Assembly: GCA_963801165.1 (NCBI GenBank) | Contig: CAWDDT010000006.1 | Location: 192,001-256,000 of the forward strand | Direction of reading: 5' to 3' | Origin: an uncultured bacterium | GTDB lineage: Bacteria; Actinomycetota; Acidimicrobiia; Spongiisociales; UBA5794 | DNA: 64,000 nt | Shown: in pieces, positions 37,344 through 46,924 of the stretch | Layout of the letters: the number at the start of each line of letters is the position of its first letter | Position numbering within the stretch: position 1 is the stretch's first letter | Notes under the pieces: model-generated | The model's database searches: none | What the model saw: only the letters and a program-made list of their open reading frames with translations | Told to the model about the DNA's origin: nothing | Translations under genes and position numbers: made by a program

Positions 37344-37751
37344 TCACGACAACACGCTCCTCGCCACGGCCCCCGCCCAGGTCCGCACCGTAGCCCGATA
37401 CGAAGCCGCACTCGAGAAGTCGACAGCCGCGATCGACGGCAAATCGGACAGACGTGTAGCCGAACCGCCACGACGCCGCACCCGCACCCGCCCACCGAAC
37501 CGGTCTCGCAGAGAGGCGGTAGCACCCGCAGATGGCATCGTTGCGATGTGCTCGAGCATCATGGTCGCGACCGCGGCAGCCGCCTCGCTCTCGTAGTGGC
37601 CGTGCTGGAGGCCGTACGCAGGCACGCTGAGGTGATGAACCGCAAAGAACTCGGGATCGCTGAACTCGCATGCCAGACACCGATCGAAGATCTCTGCACA
37701 ACCGGCGACGCCGCACCATTCACATGCCGGGTCCTGCCGCTTGCTACTCAT
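37344..37751 (-). CDS. DUF5946-like protein
   Basis: CEWCG, VHHLSVPAYGLQH, VRTWA. Confidence 0.7.
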   Translation of the reverse strand: MSSKRQDPACEWCGVAGCAEIFDRCLACEFSDPEFFAVHHLSVPAYGLQHGHYESEAAAAVATMMLEHIATMPSAGATASLRDRFGGRVRVRRRGGSATRLSDLPSIAAVDFSSAASYRATVRTWAGAVARSVLS

Positions 37752-37814
37752 GGGACGTAATCATGCCACCCGGAAGTATCGAGGATGACGGGCGTGAGCC
37801 GAAGGGCCAGAGTG

Positions 37815-38105
37815 TCAGGGAAGACCGATACCGCCCACCGGCTCGGTTGTCGCTCTCATTTCGAAACCGGCGATCAACGGACGGCCCACGGCGATGGCTT
37901 CCTTGACTTCGGAGAGCTCCAGCGACGCTAAATGGGCGGCGGCCGACTCCCAGATCTCGGTCACCCAGATGGCATCGTCGTCGGCCCGGTCGCGAGCCAC
38001 GATGTACTGCAGGCAGCCGGGCATGGAGCCGCTCTGTGTCAACTGTGCGATCAGCTCTTCCCGCCGCCCCGGCACACATCTCATCTTCCCGACAACCCCG
38101 TACAC
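37815..38105 (-). CDS. ABM family (putative quinol) monooxygenase
   Basis: MPGCLQYIV, IWVTEIWES..AH; AGGAGG RBS. Confidence 0.88.
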   Translation of the reverse strand: MYGVVGKMRCVPGRREELIAQLTQSGSMPGCLQYIVARDRADDDAIWVTEIWESAAAHLASLELSEVKEAIAVGRPLIAGFEMRATTEPVGGIGLP

Positions 38106-38137
38106 CCGACCTCGCCTCCTTCGTCGACCCGTCGATC

Positions 38138-39265
38138 CTAGGTCGGCGCCGACTGCACGGTGGGCGGAAGATGCTCGCGTCCCTCCTGCACGCCCATGAC
38201 GATCGCGCCTGCAACAGTGAGACCGATGCCCGCTACCGCCGCCAGGCCCACATACGCCGCCGCGTCGGCGAAGCCACCACCGATGGCAGGCGCAATGGCC
38301 CGCCCGATCGCCATCATGCCCTGGGCGTCACCGGCACGCTCCCCCGGTGCCAGCGACCGTTCCGCCATCATTTGCAGCACTCCCGGGATCCCCATCCACC
38401 AGGCGAAGCCCCACCACGTCATCCCGAAGAAGAACAACACCGGCGTGCCTCCTCCGATCGTGAGGAACGCCGCCGGCCCGGCGCTGGCAAGCCACCAGCC
38501 CGGCCGCCGATGACGGTTGGCCAGCCGGGCCCCCAGCAGCCCACCCGCCGCATTCAGGCTGAAACCCCACGAGGCGGCCACCGGGCTGATAGCAAGCAGT
38601 TCCCGCGCTGCAACCGCGGCGAAGACAAACAAGCTCGCCCCGGATAGAGCAAGAAGGAAGAGAGCTCCGAGCAACACAAGGTTCGACCGGGAGCGGCTCA
38701 CGACCCTCTTTCCCGGCTTGCCGAGCGATGTTCGCAACTTCGCCGCGGCGGCGGGAACCGCAACAACGGCCAGGGTCAGATACACCGCCCGGTCGCCGAA
38801 CTGGGCTATGGCCGCCAGCACGGGGGCACCAATGAGCGCGATCAGGGGTCCGATCGCCGAGATCGACGCAAGCGAACGGGGGCTGCTCATCGCATCCAGC
38901 CACATGATCCAGGTGAGGACTCCGGCGGCCCCGCCCGCAACACCACGCACCAGGATCAGCAGCAGGAAGCTAGACAGGAACGTACTCGTCAGATTTGCGA
39001 CCACGAGTACCACCGCTGCGCCTTGCAACACCCTGCCGCTCGGTGCCACCAGCCGGGGCAACACAAGGGTCGCTACCGCAAAGACACCCACCTGTGCGAT
39101 CGAAATCGATGCGGCGAACCCCTCAGTGACGCCATAGCGTTCGGCGATGGCGGGGAGGAGGAACGGCGTCGCCCCGAACATCAGTGCGGTGGCAAGCGCG
39201 GCAAGCAACAGTGGGAGTGGGGCTCCGGGTCGGATCGCATACAGAGACCGGGTTGGGCCGAGCAT
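38138..39265 (-). CDS. MFS-type transporter
   Basis: About 12 TM segments; GATAAT 6 nt before ATG. Confidence 0.8.
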   Translation of the reverse strand: MLGPTRSLYAIRPGAPLPLLLAALATALMFGATPFLLPAIAERYGVTEGFAASISIAQVGVFAVATLVLPRLVAPSGRVLQGAAVVLVVANLTSTFLSSFLLLILVRGVAGGAAGVLTWIMWLDAMSSPRSLASISAIGPLIALIGAPVLAAIAQFGDRAVYLTLAVVAVPAAAAKLRTSLGKPGKRVVSRSRSNLVLLGALFLLALSGASLFVFAAVAARELLAISPVAASWGFSLNAAGGLLGARLANRHRRPGWWLASAGPAAFLTIGGGTPVLFFFGMTWWGFAWWMGIPGVLQMMAERSLAPGERAGDAQGMMAIGRAIAPAIGGGFADAAAYVGLAAVAGIGLTVAGAIVMGVQEGREHLPPTVQSAPT

Positions 39266-39343
39266 CGGCCGATTATCGCAGCCGGTTGGGCTGATCAGTC
39301 TTGATCCGCGATAGTGTTCCCCCGCACGCGGAAAGGGAGAGCA

Positions 39344-41248
39344 ATGTCGGCACACGATGAGAAGGCTGCAGGTCGGTCCGGAAAGGCCCGTGCCGCGCTG
39401 GCTCTCGGTGCCCTCGGCATTGTTTACGGGGACATCGGAACCAGCCCCCTGTATGCGATGCGTGAGTCTTTCGAGGGACATGGCATCGCCGTGGTCCGCG
39501 AGAACATCCTCGGTGTGCTGTCCCTGATCTTCTGGTCGTTGATGATCGTGATCTCGATCAAGTATGTGGTGTTCGTGATGCGGGCAGACAACAAGGGCGA
39601 AGGTGGGATCCTGGCGTTGACGTCATTGATCAAGCCTGCCGGCGCTGATGACGGCGATCGGACCAAGCGTGTTCGCTGGATGCTGGTCCTCGTCGGTCTC
39701 TTCGGCACTGCCCTTCTGTACGGTGACGGGATGATCACACCGGCTATTTCCGTCCTGTCCGCAGTCGAGGGGATCCACGTCGCCACCCCGGCGTTGCAGC
39801 CCTATGCCGTCCCGGTGTCCATCGTCATCCTCGTCGGTCTCTTCGCCATACAGCACCGCGGGACCGGCACGATCGGGGCGCTGTTCGGGCCGATAATGGT
39901 GGTGTGGTTCGCCACTCTCGCCGGGCTGGGCATTGCGCACATCGTTGGCGAACCCGGTGTCCTGGCCGCGATCAACCCGGCGCACGCCCTCAGCTACTTC
40001 CGCGACAACGGAATCGATGGGTTCCTGTCGCTCGGCTCGATCTTTCTGGTGGTAACCGGTAGCGAAGCGCTATACGCCGACATGGGGCATTTCGGCAAAC
40101 GCCCGATCCAAACGAGCTGGTTCGTTTTGGTGCTACCCGCTCTCACCTTGCACTACTTCGGGCAGGGCGCCCTCCTCATAGGCGATCCCGGCGCCATCGA
40201 TAACCCGTTCTACCGCATGGCGCCCACCTGGGCACTTTGGCCGATGCTGATCCTCGCCACGGTCGCCACCGTCATCGCCTCCCAAGCCCTCATCTCAGGG
40301 GCGTTCTCGCTCACCATGCAGGCTGTTCAGCTCGGCTACCTCCCCCGAACCCGGATCCTGCACACCTCAGAGACCGAGTCGGGCCAGGTCTATATCCCGA
40401 CAGTGAACTGGGTGCTGATGCTGGCCTGCGTGGGTCTGGTCGCCGGCTTCCGCTCCTCGAGCGGTCTGGCGGCGGCATATGGGATCGCTGTTGCCATGAC
40501 GATGGTGATCACGACCGTGCTCTTTTTCACCGTTACGAGGGACAGGTGGCATTGGTCATTAGCGCGGTCAGGTGTGATCGCCGGGCTCATCCTCATCGTC
40601 GACCTGTCCTACTTTGGAGCCAACCTCTTCAAGATCCCCCATGGTGGCTGGTTCCCGATTGTCATCGGGCTGGCCATATTCGTGTTGATGACGACGTGGA
40701 AGCGTGGACGAGAGCTTCTCCAGTATCACCTCAACGTCGGCCAGCTACCGCTGGAGCGATTCATCCACAACATCACGGAGAGCTCCCCAACGCGGGTGCA
40801 CGGCGAGGCCGTATACATGTCGAGCCTGAAGGGAAGCACCCCTCCTGCGCTTCTCGCCAACTTCCGTCACAACGAGACGCTCCACGACGACATCGCCATA
40901 GTCACCGTCAGCATCCAAACCGTGCCCACCGTACCGGGAGCGCGCCGGGCCACTGTCGAGAACCTCGGCGCCGGGTTCCACCAGGTGACCCTCACCTACG
41001 GATACATGGAACAACCAGATGTGCCCAACGCGCTCCGCAACATCGTGGCCAAAGGGTTCGGCATCGATGCCGACTCTGCAAGCTATGTGCTGGGCCGGGA
41101 GACCGTCCTGGCAACCGACATCCCGGGCATGGCCCTGTGGCGGGAACGACTCTTCTCGCTGATGGCCAGAAACGCGACCAACGCGGCGCGCTACTTCCGG
41201 CTTCCGCCGAGCCAATGTCTCGAGGTCGGGCTTCAGGTGGAGATCTGA
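39344..41248 (+). CDS. kup: Potassium transporter Kup
   Basis: GIVYGDIGTSPLY, ADNKGEGG, GSEALYADMGHFG. Confidence 0.97.
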   Translation: MSAHDEKAAGRSGKARAALALGALGIVYGDIGTSPLYAMRESFEGHGIAVVRENILGVLSLIFWSLMIVISIKYVVFVMRADNKGEGGILALTSLIKPAGADDGDRTKRVRWMLVLVGLFGTALLYGDGMITPAISVLSAVEGIHVATPALQPYAVPVSIVILVGLFAIQHRGTGTIGALFGPIMVVWFATLAGLGIAHIVGEPGVLAAINPAHALSYFRDNGIDGFLSLGSIFLVVTGSEALYADMGHFGKRPIQTSWFVLVLPALTLHYFGQGALLIGDPGAIDNPFYRMAPTWALWPMLILATVATVIASQALISGAFSLTMQAVQLGYLPRTRILHTSETESGQVYIPTVNWVLMLACVGLVAGFRSSSGLAAAYGIAVAMTMVITTVLFFTVTRDRWHWSLARSGVIAGLILIVDLSYFGANLFKIPHGGWFPIVIGLAIFVLMTTWKRGRELLQYHLNVGQLPLERFIHNITESSPTRVHGEAVYMSSLKGSTPPALLANFRHNETLHDDIAIVTVSIQTVPTVPGARRATVENLGAGFHQVTLTYGYMEQPDVPNALRNIVAKGFGIDADSASYVLGRETVLATDIPGMALWRERLFSLMARNATNAARYFRLPPSQCLEVGLQVEI

Positions 41249-41279
41249 TTCTGCCCTCTTTGAATCCCGTCCTGCGGAC

Positions 41280-41308
41280 CGAAACGTCTCGCATGCGGGG
41301 ACGTTTCG
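41280..41308. repeat. Intergenic inverted repeat (terminator or REP-like)
   Basis: CGAAACGTC..GACGTTTCG downstream of kup. Confidence 0.55.
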
Positions 41309-41443
41309 ACGACGACTGCTCACTCCAGATACTGAGACCGGTGGGTGGAAGACGGATGTGACCGGTGCAGAATTGCCCCTTCGCAACACCCCGTCCTTGG
41401 GTAGATTCGGAGAGGCACCATCGTCTTTCGGAAGGGGATACTG

Positions 41444-42601
41444 ATGCGCAATGCGCTCCGTCGCCGTCTCGCACCGGCGGCCGCTATCGCTCTCGCCCTG
41501 GTCCTCGCCATACCCGCGACCGCCAGCGGCAGCGCCGGACCTGTGACGGTCGATTCTGTGGAGTACCTGGGCCAGCAGGTGATCCCGACGGGAACCATGT
41601 ACAGCGGCACCGAGATCGGAGGCCTCTCGAGCATCACCTACGACGCACACAGGGGCCAGTACTACGCGATTTCCGACGATCAGGGGAATCGGGGCACCGG
41701 CGATCCCGTCCGCTACTACACGATGACGCTCGATTTCGACGAGACCGGTTTCACCGGCACCGGCGTCGACTTCACCGATGTCACCCAGCTCTACGACGTC
41801 CACGGCCAGGCATTCGCCCCGGGAGGGGTCGACCCTGAGGGTCTCGTATACGACGGACGGTCGCAGCTCTACGTATCGGCCGAGGGCATTCTCGGTGACC
41901 CCATCGTGGACCCATTCATCCGCCGCTACAACATGAACGGGCGCCCAACGGCGCCGCTGCTCATTCCCGACAAGTACATTCCCAACGGAGTCGACTTCGG
42001 CGTTCGCCAGAACCTGTCCTTCGAGAGTCTGAACTTCACCCCCAACGGCAGAACCCTGGTGACGGCCGGCGAAGGCGCTCTCTACCAGGACGGCCCGGCG
42101 TCGAGCTTCACGAACGGAAGCCTCGCCCGCATCCTGACCTACGACGCCCGCAAGCGTCGGCCGACCGGCGAGTACGTCTACGAGGTCGAGCCGTGGGCGG
42201 AGCCGTCAGCCATCTTCGGCGTCAACGGGATCGCTGAGGTGCTGCCGCTCGACAACAAGGGCACGATGCTCGTGATGGAGCGGTCCTTCTCCGTCGGCGG
42301 CACACTCGGCGGCGGGACCGGGAACGTGATCAACATATACGAGATCTCGACGACCGGAGCCACCAACGTGCTCCCGGTGGATGCGCTCTACGACGGCGCC
42401 ACTCCGATCGACTTCACCCCGGTGAGCAAGCGGCTCGTGTTCTCCTTCGACAGCCTCGGCATCCCCATCGACAACATCGAGGGCATGACGTTTGGCCCCG
42501 ACCTGCCGGACGGGAGGAAGAGCCTGGTACTCGTCAGCGACAACAACTTTGCGGCCAGCCAATTCACCCAGTTCGTCGTGCTCGCCCTCGATCTCGACTG
42601 A
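41444..42601 (+). CDS. Secreted esterase-like-activity-of-phytase family protein
   Basis: Signal peptide, GGLSSI, ISDD, DPEG, DNIEGMTFGP, VSDNNF. Confidence 0.9.
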   Translation: MRNALRRRLAPAAAIALALVLAIPATASGSAGPVTVDSVEYLGQQVIPTGTMYSGTEIGGLSSITYDAHRGQYYAISDDQGNRGTGDPVRYYTMTLDFDETGFTGTGVDFTDVTQLYDVHGQAFAPGGVDPEGLVYDGRSQLYVSAEGILGDPIVDPFIRRYNMNGRPTAPLLIPDKYIPNGVDFGVRQNLSFESLNFTPNGRTLVTAGEGALYQDGPASSFTNGSLARILTYDARKRRPTGEYVYEVEPWAEPSAIFGVNGIAEVLPLDNKGTMLVMERSFSVGGTLGGGTGNVINIYEISTTGATNVLPVDALYDGATPIDFTPVSKRLVFSFDSLGIPIDNIEGMTFGPDLPDGRKSLVLVSDNNFAASQFTQFVVLALDLD

Positions 42602-42642
42602 CCGACCAGCTGACCGACCAGCTGACCGACCAGCTGACCGAC
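42598..42642. repeat. 12-bp tandem repeat, about 3.7 copies (CTGACCGACCAG), containing the stop codon
   Basis: Read directly. Confidence 0.9.
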
Positions 42643-42644
42643 AG

Positions 42645-42679
42645 ACGGCTGCCGGTTCCCGTGTTGGACCGGCAGCCGT
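42645..42679. terminator. Stem-loop between convergent genes
   Basis: ACGGCTGCCGGT ... ACCGGCAGCCGT, 12-bp stem. Confidence 0.7.
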
Positions 42680-42690
42680 TGCACCCGCCG

Positions 42691-42722
42691 TCTACAGCTC
42701 GTCGGCTCTACAGCTCGTCGGC
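42691..42722. repeat. 16-bp tandem duplication (TCTACAGCTCGTCGGC x2) containing the stop codon of the minus-strand gene
   Basis: Read directly. Confidence 0.9.
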
Positions 42723-43334
42723 GTAGTCCCACAACGTCGGGAACAGGGTGACCGGCTGGGCGGGTGCATCCTCGACCTGGTCGCTGCCCATCAGCCTGAC
42801 GAGCAACGCTTTCCAGTCGAACGCCTCGTTGATGGCAGATGCCCGCAGTGTGACCAATCGCTCGCCCGGGACGTAGATGGGAACGATCGTATTGAGGATC
42901 TGCTCGATTTCGTTGCGGAATCGCTCGTTTGTGCTGCGTACGCCGTCCCCCTGGAGGGGCACGTCCGGCAGCAAGCGCACAAAGAGGTCGTAAGTGTCGC
43001 ACCAGCGTTTCACCAGCGGCGTGACGTCGAACGGGTCCTGGCCACCCGTCGCCCTCAGAAAGTATGCGAAGTTATCGACGATGGCACGATCCGTCACAAG
43101 GACGTCGGCGCGGTTGCGCAACTCCAGCTCCTGCTGGACCTGGGCCATGATCACCCACAGTTGCGCTTCGGCCGTGGCACCCTCGTTGAGACCGAGCGGA
43201 TTGAACCGGACGACCTCCCTTCCCACCTCGACACTGCGACCGCTGCGGCCGACGGCCCCGGCAAACGAGTGCACCGCATTCGTCTTTCGCACTGAGTGGG
43301 AGCCAATGAACGCGATCTTCACAGTTGGGGTCAT
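42708..43334 (-). CDS. AAA_28/NadR-like P-loop protein with atypical Walker A
   Basis: KIAFIGSHSVRKT, VTDRAIVDNFAY, DGVRS. Confidence 0.75.
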   Translation of the reverse strand: MTPTVKIAFIGSHSVRKTNAVHSFAGAVGRSGRSVEVGREVVRFNPLGLNEGATAEAQLWVIMAQVQQELELRNRADVLVTDRAIVDNFAYFLRATGGQDPFDVTPLVKRWCDTYDLFVRLLPDVPLQGDGVRSTNERFRNEIEQILNTIVPIYVPGERLVTLRASAINEAFDWKALLVRLMGSDQVEDAPAQPVTLFPTLWDYADEL

Positions 43335-43492
43335 CGTCCGATCTGCAACGTCTGATACCGGTGCGATGACAATAGACCCGCCCACAAACCCAAATGCGGA
43401 TTAACCGGTTCCGGCAACGAGGAGCACCCAATATCCCGATTCGCCGGTAGAATCCGCCCTCGCTCCAAGCCTCACCACAACTAGGCATCTCC

Positions 43493-43960
43493 ATGAAGAC
43501 CGAAGTCATCCGTAGCCCACGCCGTAAGAAGACCGTCGAAGCCAGGATGGTCGGAGACACGCTTCGTGTCCTCCTCCCCGCCTCCTTGACCCGGGAAGAG
43601 GAGGAGCATTGGGTTGGCGAGATGGTGCGCCGCGTCGAGCGCAAGACGAAGTCCGACCACATCGACCTGTCCAGCCGTGCTCGCGCCCTGGCCCGCCGTT
43701 ACGGGCTGCCCGAGGCGGCGTCCATCGCGGTCTCTCCTCGCCAGCGCGCCCGGTGGGGGTCCTGCTCCCCGGAGACGGGTGCCGTCCGCATTTCGAGCCA
43801 GGTGCTGGCGTTTCCGGCCTGGGTGCTCGACTACGTCATCGTCCACGAGCTCGCCCACCTGATCGAGGCGAACCACAGCGTGCGTTTCTGGGGTCTCGTG
43901 AACCGATACGAGCTGTCTGAGCGCGCCCGCGGGTTCCTCATCGCGGCCCAGGACAGGTAA
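43493..43960 (+). CDS. YgjP-like (DUF45) zinc-motif protein
   Basis: RWGSCS, DYVIVHELAHL, HSVRFW. Confidence 0.9.
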   Translation: MKTEVIRSPRRKKTVEARMVGDTLRVLLPASLTREEEEHWVGEMVRRVERKTKSDHIDLSSRARALARRYGLPEAASIAVSPRQRARWGSCSPETGAVRISSQVLAFPAWVLDYVIVHELAHLIEANHSVRFWGLVNRYELSERARGFLIAAQDR

Positions 43961-44011
43961 CACCGCCGCCCCCGTGGCGTGCCCGCCGCTGCGGAATCGT
44001 CTACCGTCAAG

Positions 44012-44548
44012 ATGGTGAGCACACCGCCCGAGCTTCTGTCGTCGCACGACATCCAACAGCGTGTCGCCAGCCTCGCCGCCGACATCGATCGCACCTACGC
44101 CGGCACCGGCACCCTCGTGCTCATCGGCGTCCTCAAAGGCTCTTTCATCTTCCTCTCCGACCTGGCCCGGAAGTTGACCGTACCGCACCGTGTCGAGTTC
44201 ATCGCGGTGACGAGCTACGGTGCCAAAGAGAGCGAGAATGCCGACCCGGTGCGGCTGATCATGGATGTACGTCACGGCATCGGCGGCCAGGACGTCCTCA
44301 TCGTCGAGGACATCGTCGATACCGGCCACACCCTCGCCTATCTGAAGCGCCTCTTCATCGCTCGCGACCCGCGGTCGTTGCGGACATGCTCGCTGCTTTT
44401 CAAGCCGGCGCGGACCGAACAGGACGTGGACATCGACTTCCTCGGATTCAGCATCCCCGACGTGTGGGTGGTGGGATACGGTCTCGACTACGCCGAGCGA
44501 TACCGCACGTTGCCATACATAGCCGAGCTGCCCGCGGAGATGCGCTGA
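44012..44548 (+). CDS. hpt: Hypoxanthine phosphoribosyltransferase
   Basis: VLKGS, VLIVEDIVDTGHTL, VVGYGLD. Confidence 0.95.
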   Translation: MVSTPPELLSSHDIQQRVASLAADIDRTYAGTGTLVLIGVLKGSFIFLSDLARKLTVPHRVEFIAVTSYGAKESENADPVRLIMDVRHGIGGQDVLIVEDIVDTGHTLAYLKRLFIARDPRSLRTCSLLFKPARTEQDVDIDFLGFSIPDVWVVGYGLDYAERYRTLPYIAELPAEMR

Positions 44549-44582
44549 GCCCCTCGCCGACAATATGCAACCGTGGATTCCG

Positions 44583-44599
44583 GCTCAGGAAACTCTCAT
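44583..44599 (+). promoter_or_regulatory. OmpR-family (MprA-box-like) direct repeat GCTCAG-N5-TCTCAT
   Basis: Hexamers with 11-bp periodicity upstream of the DUF2271 gene. Confidence 0.5.
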
Positions 44600-44643
44600 G
44601 TTCTACCTTTACGTTGTCGCCACTCCCTGTCGATGACAAGACG

Positions 44644-45372
44644 ATGGAAGCCATGAAGCCTCAACAACCAAGAACCGGTTCCCGGTACGAAGAAGTCACC
44701 AGGCGCGCCTTCCTCCGTCGCGCCGCACAAACTGCGGGAGCCGTGGCGGTGCTGCCTTTGATCGCATCCTGTAGCAACGATGCCCGGGTGTTCGCCTCCG
44801 CCACCACCACGGTACCGGATACGAGCCAGCCGTCCGGTACCGCGCCACCAACGACCACAACGACCACAACGGAGGCGCCCACCAGCAGTACCACCGCTAC
44901 GACGGTTGCCGCAACGGCGGGCAATCTCACCGGGGAGATGCTCGTCGCCTTCACCTTTGCCGCCGCCGGTCGAGGCCCGGTGCGCAATCCCTACGTCGCA
45001 GTCTGGATCGAAGACGCCGATGGCGAGCTCGTCGACACGGTCGCCCTCTGGATCCTGCAATCGCAGAAGGGTCTGCGCTATCTGGCCGAGTTGCGCCGCT
45101 GGTACTCGGTGGACGGCACCGTGACATCCATCGACACGGTCTCCAGTGCGACGAGGAGCCCGGGCGATTACACGGTGTCCTGGGGCATGACCGATAGCAA
45201 CCACCGGCCCGTTGCGGCCGGCCAGTACTACGTGTGTATCGAGGCAGCGCGCGAGCATGGGCCCTATTCGCTCATCCGTGAGAGTGTCGCCGTCGACGCC
45301 GCCATGGCGCCCGTCCAGCTTCCCGACGATGGCGAATTGACCAACGCCGCGGTGTCCCTGGCCCCCGGCTAG
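44644..45372 (+). CDS. DUF2271 domain protein with Tat signal/lipobox
   Basis: TRRAFL, IASC, Thr-rich linker, PYVAVWIED, DTVSSATR, IEAAREHG. Confidence 0.88.
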   Translation: MEAMKPQQPRTGSRYEEVTRRAFLRRAAQTAGAVAVLPLIASCSNDARVFASATTTVPDTSQPSGTAPPTTTTTTTEAPTSSTTATTVAATAGNLTGEMLVAFTFAAAGRGPVRNPYVAVWIEDADGELVDTVALWILQSQKGLRYLAELRRWYSVDGTVTSIDTVSSATRSPGDYTVSWGMTDSNHRPVAAGQYYVCIEAAREHGPYSLIRESVAVDAAMAPVQLPDDGELTNAAVSLAPG

Positions 45373-45375
45373 CCA

Positions 45376-46023
45376 ATGTCGATGACTTCCCACGAGACAA
45401 AACGTCACCCGAAGCCACCGCCGTCTACCCGGGGCAAGCTGTGGCGTGATTCGCAACGATGGACGAGATGGCTGCACGCCTATTCGAGCATGCTCGCCCT
45501 TCTACTCGTGCTCTTCTTCGGGTTCACGGGTGTCACCCTGAACCACCCGGACTGGACGTTCGGTTTCGCGCCAACCGAGACGACCGTCTCCGGGAGCCTG
45601 CCCGCCGGCTGGCAGACCGGCAACGGGACGGTTGAGTTTCTCACAGTCAGTGAGTTCCTGAGAAGCGAGCATGGGATCAGGGGCGAGGTATCGGACTTCG
45701 GCGAGACAACGACCGACGCGTTCATCAGCTACCGCGGCCCGGGCTACAGCGCCGACGCGATCCTCGACCTGACAACGCAGAGCTATCAGCTCACCGTCGA
45801 GCAGCAGGGATGGGTTGGCGTTCTCAACGATCTTCACAAGGGACGCGACACGGTCAGCTCGTGGAACTGGTTGGTTGACGTTTCGGGCATCTTCCTCGTC
45901 GTTATCTCCGTCACCGGGCTGGCGCTTCAGCTGCTGATACGAAAACGCCGCCGGTCTGCGCTGGTCGTTGCCGGGATCGGGACAGTGATAACTCTCTTCC
46001 TGACCGTCATCGCCGTCAGTTGA
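45376..46023 (+). CDS. PepSY-associated TM helix domain protein
   Basis: RWLHAYSS, TGVTLNHPDW, LNDLHKGRD. Confidence 0.9.
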   Translation: MSMTSHETKRHPKPPPSTRGKLWRDSQRWTRWLHAYSSMLALLLVLFFGFTGVTLNHPDWTFGFAPTETTVSGSLPAGWQTGNGTVEFLTVSEFLRSEHGIRGEVSDFGETTTDAFISYRGPGYSADAILDLTTQSYQLTVEQQGWVGVLNDLHKGRDTVSSWNWLVDVSGIFLVVISVTGLALQLLIRKRRRSALVVAGIGTVITLFLTVIAVS

Positions 46024-46906
46024 CCTCTGCGTTCTCCCAGATTTGGTTGCGGTCCGTTTCGCCGTTGCTTTCCACAATCAGATAGCCGACCAGATAGCCG
46101 ACGCTCTCGTCCATCCGGTCGAGAAACTGCTCCCGCTCGTCGACGCCGACCACCGTCAACGCCGTTGCCACCACGTCGGCGACGCACGCCGATGGAGCCA
46201 GCACGCTCACCTGCAAGACACCCTCTGCAGGCATCCCCGTGCGCGGATCGAGGACGTGGCTGTGCCGCCGGTCGCCGATGGTCCAGCCCCGGTGAGCCCC
46301 GCCGCTGGTAGCGACGGCGCCGTCTCTCAGTTCGATCACGGCCATCGGCGCCGCGTTGTTGTACGGGCGGTGCGGGTTCTCGATGGCCACCCGCAGGGGG
46401 CGAGGTCCCGTGTGCCGGATATCGCCTCCCCCGTTCACGGTGACGCCGTTTGCGTCGCGCTCTTGCCCCGCCCTCTCGGTGGCACGGTCGACGATCCATC
46501 CCTTGGCGATGCCGTTGAGATCGACGCTCGATCGGTCCCGGTTCAGCCTGGCTGCGGCCAGCTCGGCAGCGCCGGGACCCCGTCCCTCGGTGGCGGCATC
46601 GGTCCAGACTTCACGAAGCCGCCCCACGTAAGGATCGAAGGCACCCTCGCTCAGGTCGTGCCACCGCTCGGCGATGCCGAGTACCTCGAGGATCTCCGGT
46701 CCGGCCTCCGTCTCGCTACGCCGCCATCGGCTCAACTCTGAATCCGGGTCGTACACGTTGAACACGGACTGGAGCCGTGCGATCTCCTCGATTGCCTGGT
46801 GCTCGATCCGCAGAGCCGCCGCCTGCGTGTCCGCTTCGATGCGCAACTCGATGACCGTGCCCAGCAGGCCGTGGTGCCTGCTCACGAAGGGCTCCATCAC
46901 GGTCAC
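46016..46906 (-). CDS. apbE: FAD:protein FMN transferase
   Basis: GAFDP, DLNGIAKGWIVD, NGGGD, VATSG, SHVLDPRTG, ADVVATA. Confidence 0.92.
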   Translation of the reverse strand: MTVMEPFVSRHHGLLGTVIELRIEADTQAAALRIEHQAIEEIARLQSVFNVYDPDSELSRWRRSETEAGPEILEVLGIAERWHDLSEGAFDPYVGRLREVWTDAATEGRGPGAAELAAARLNRDRSSVDLNGIAKGWIVDRATERAGQERDANGVTVNGGGDIRHTGPRPLRVAIENPHRPYNNAAPMAVIELRDGAVATSGGAHRGWTIGDRRHSHVLDPRTGMPAEGVLQVSVLAPSACVADVVATALTVVGVDEREQFLDRMDESVGYLVGYLIVESNGETDRNQIWENAEVN

Positions 46907-46924
46907 ACCGACGTCGTGGCGGCG

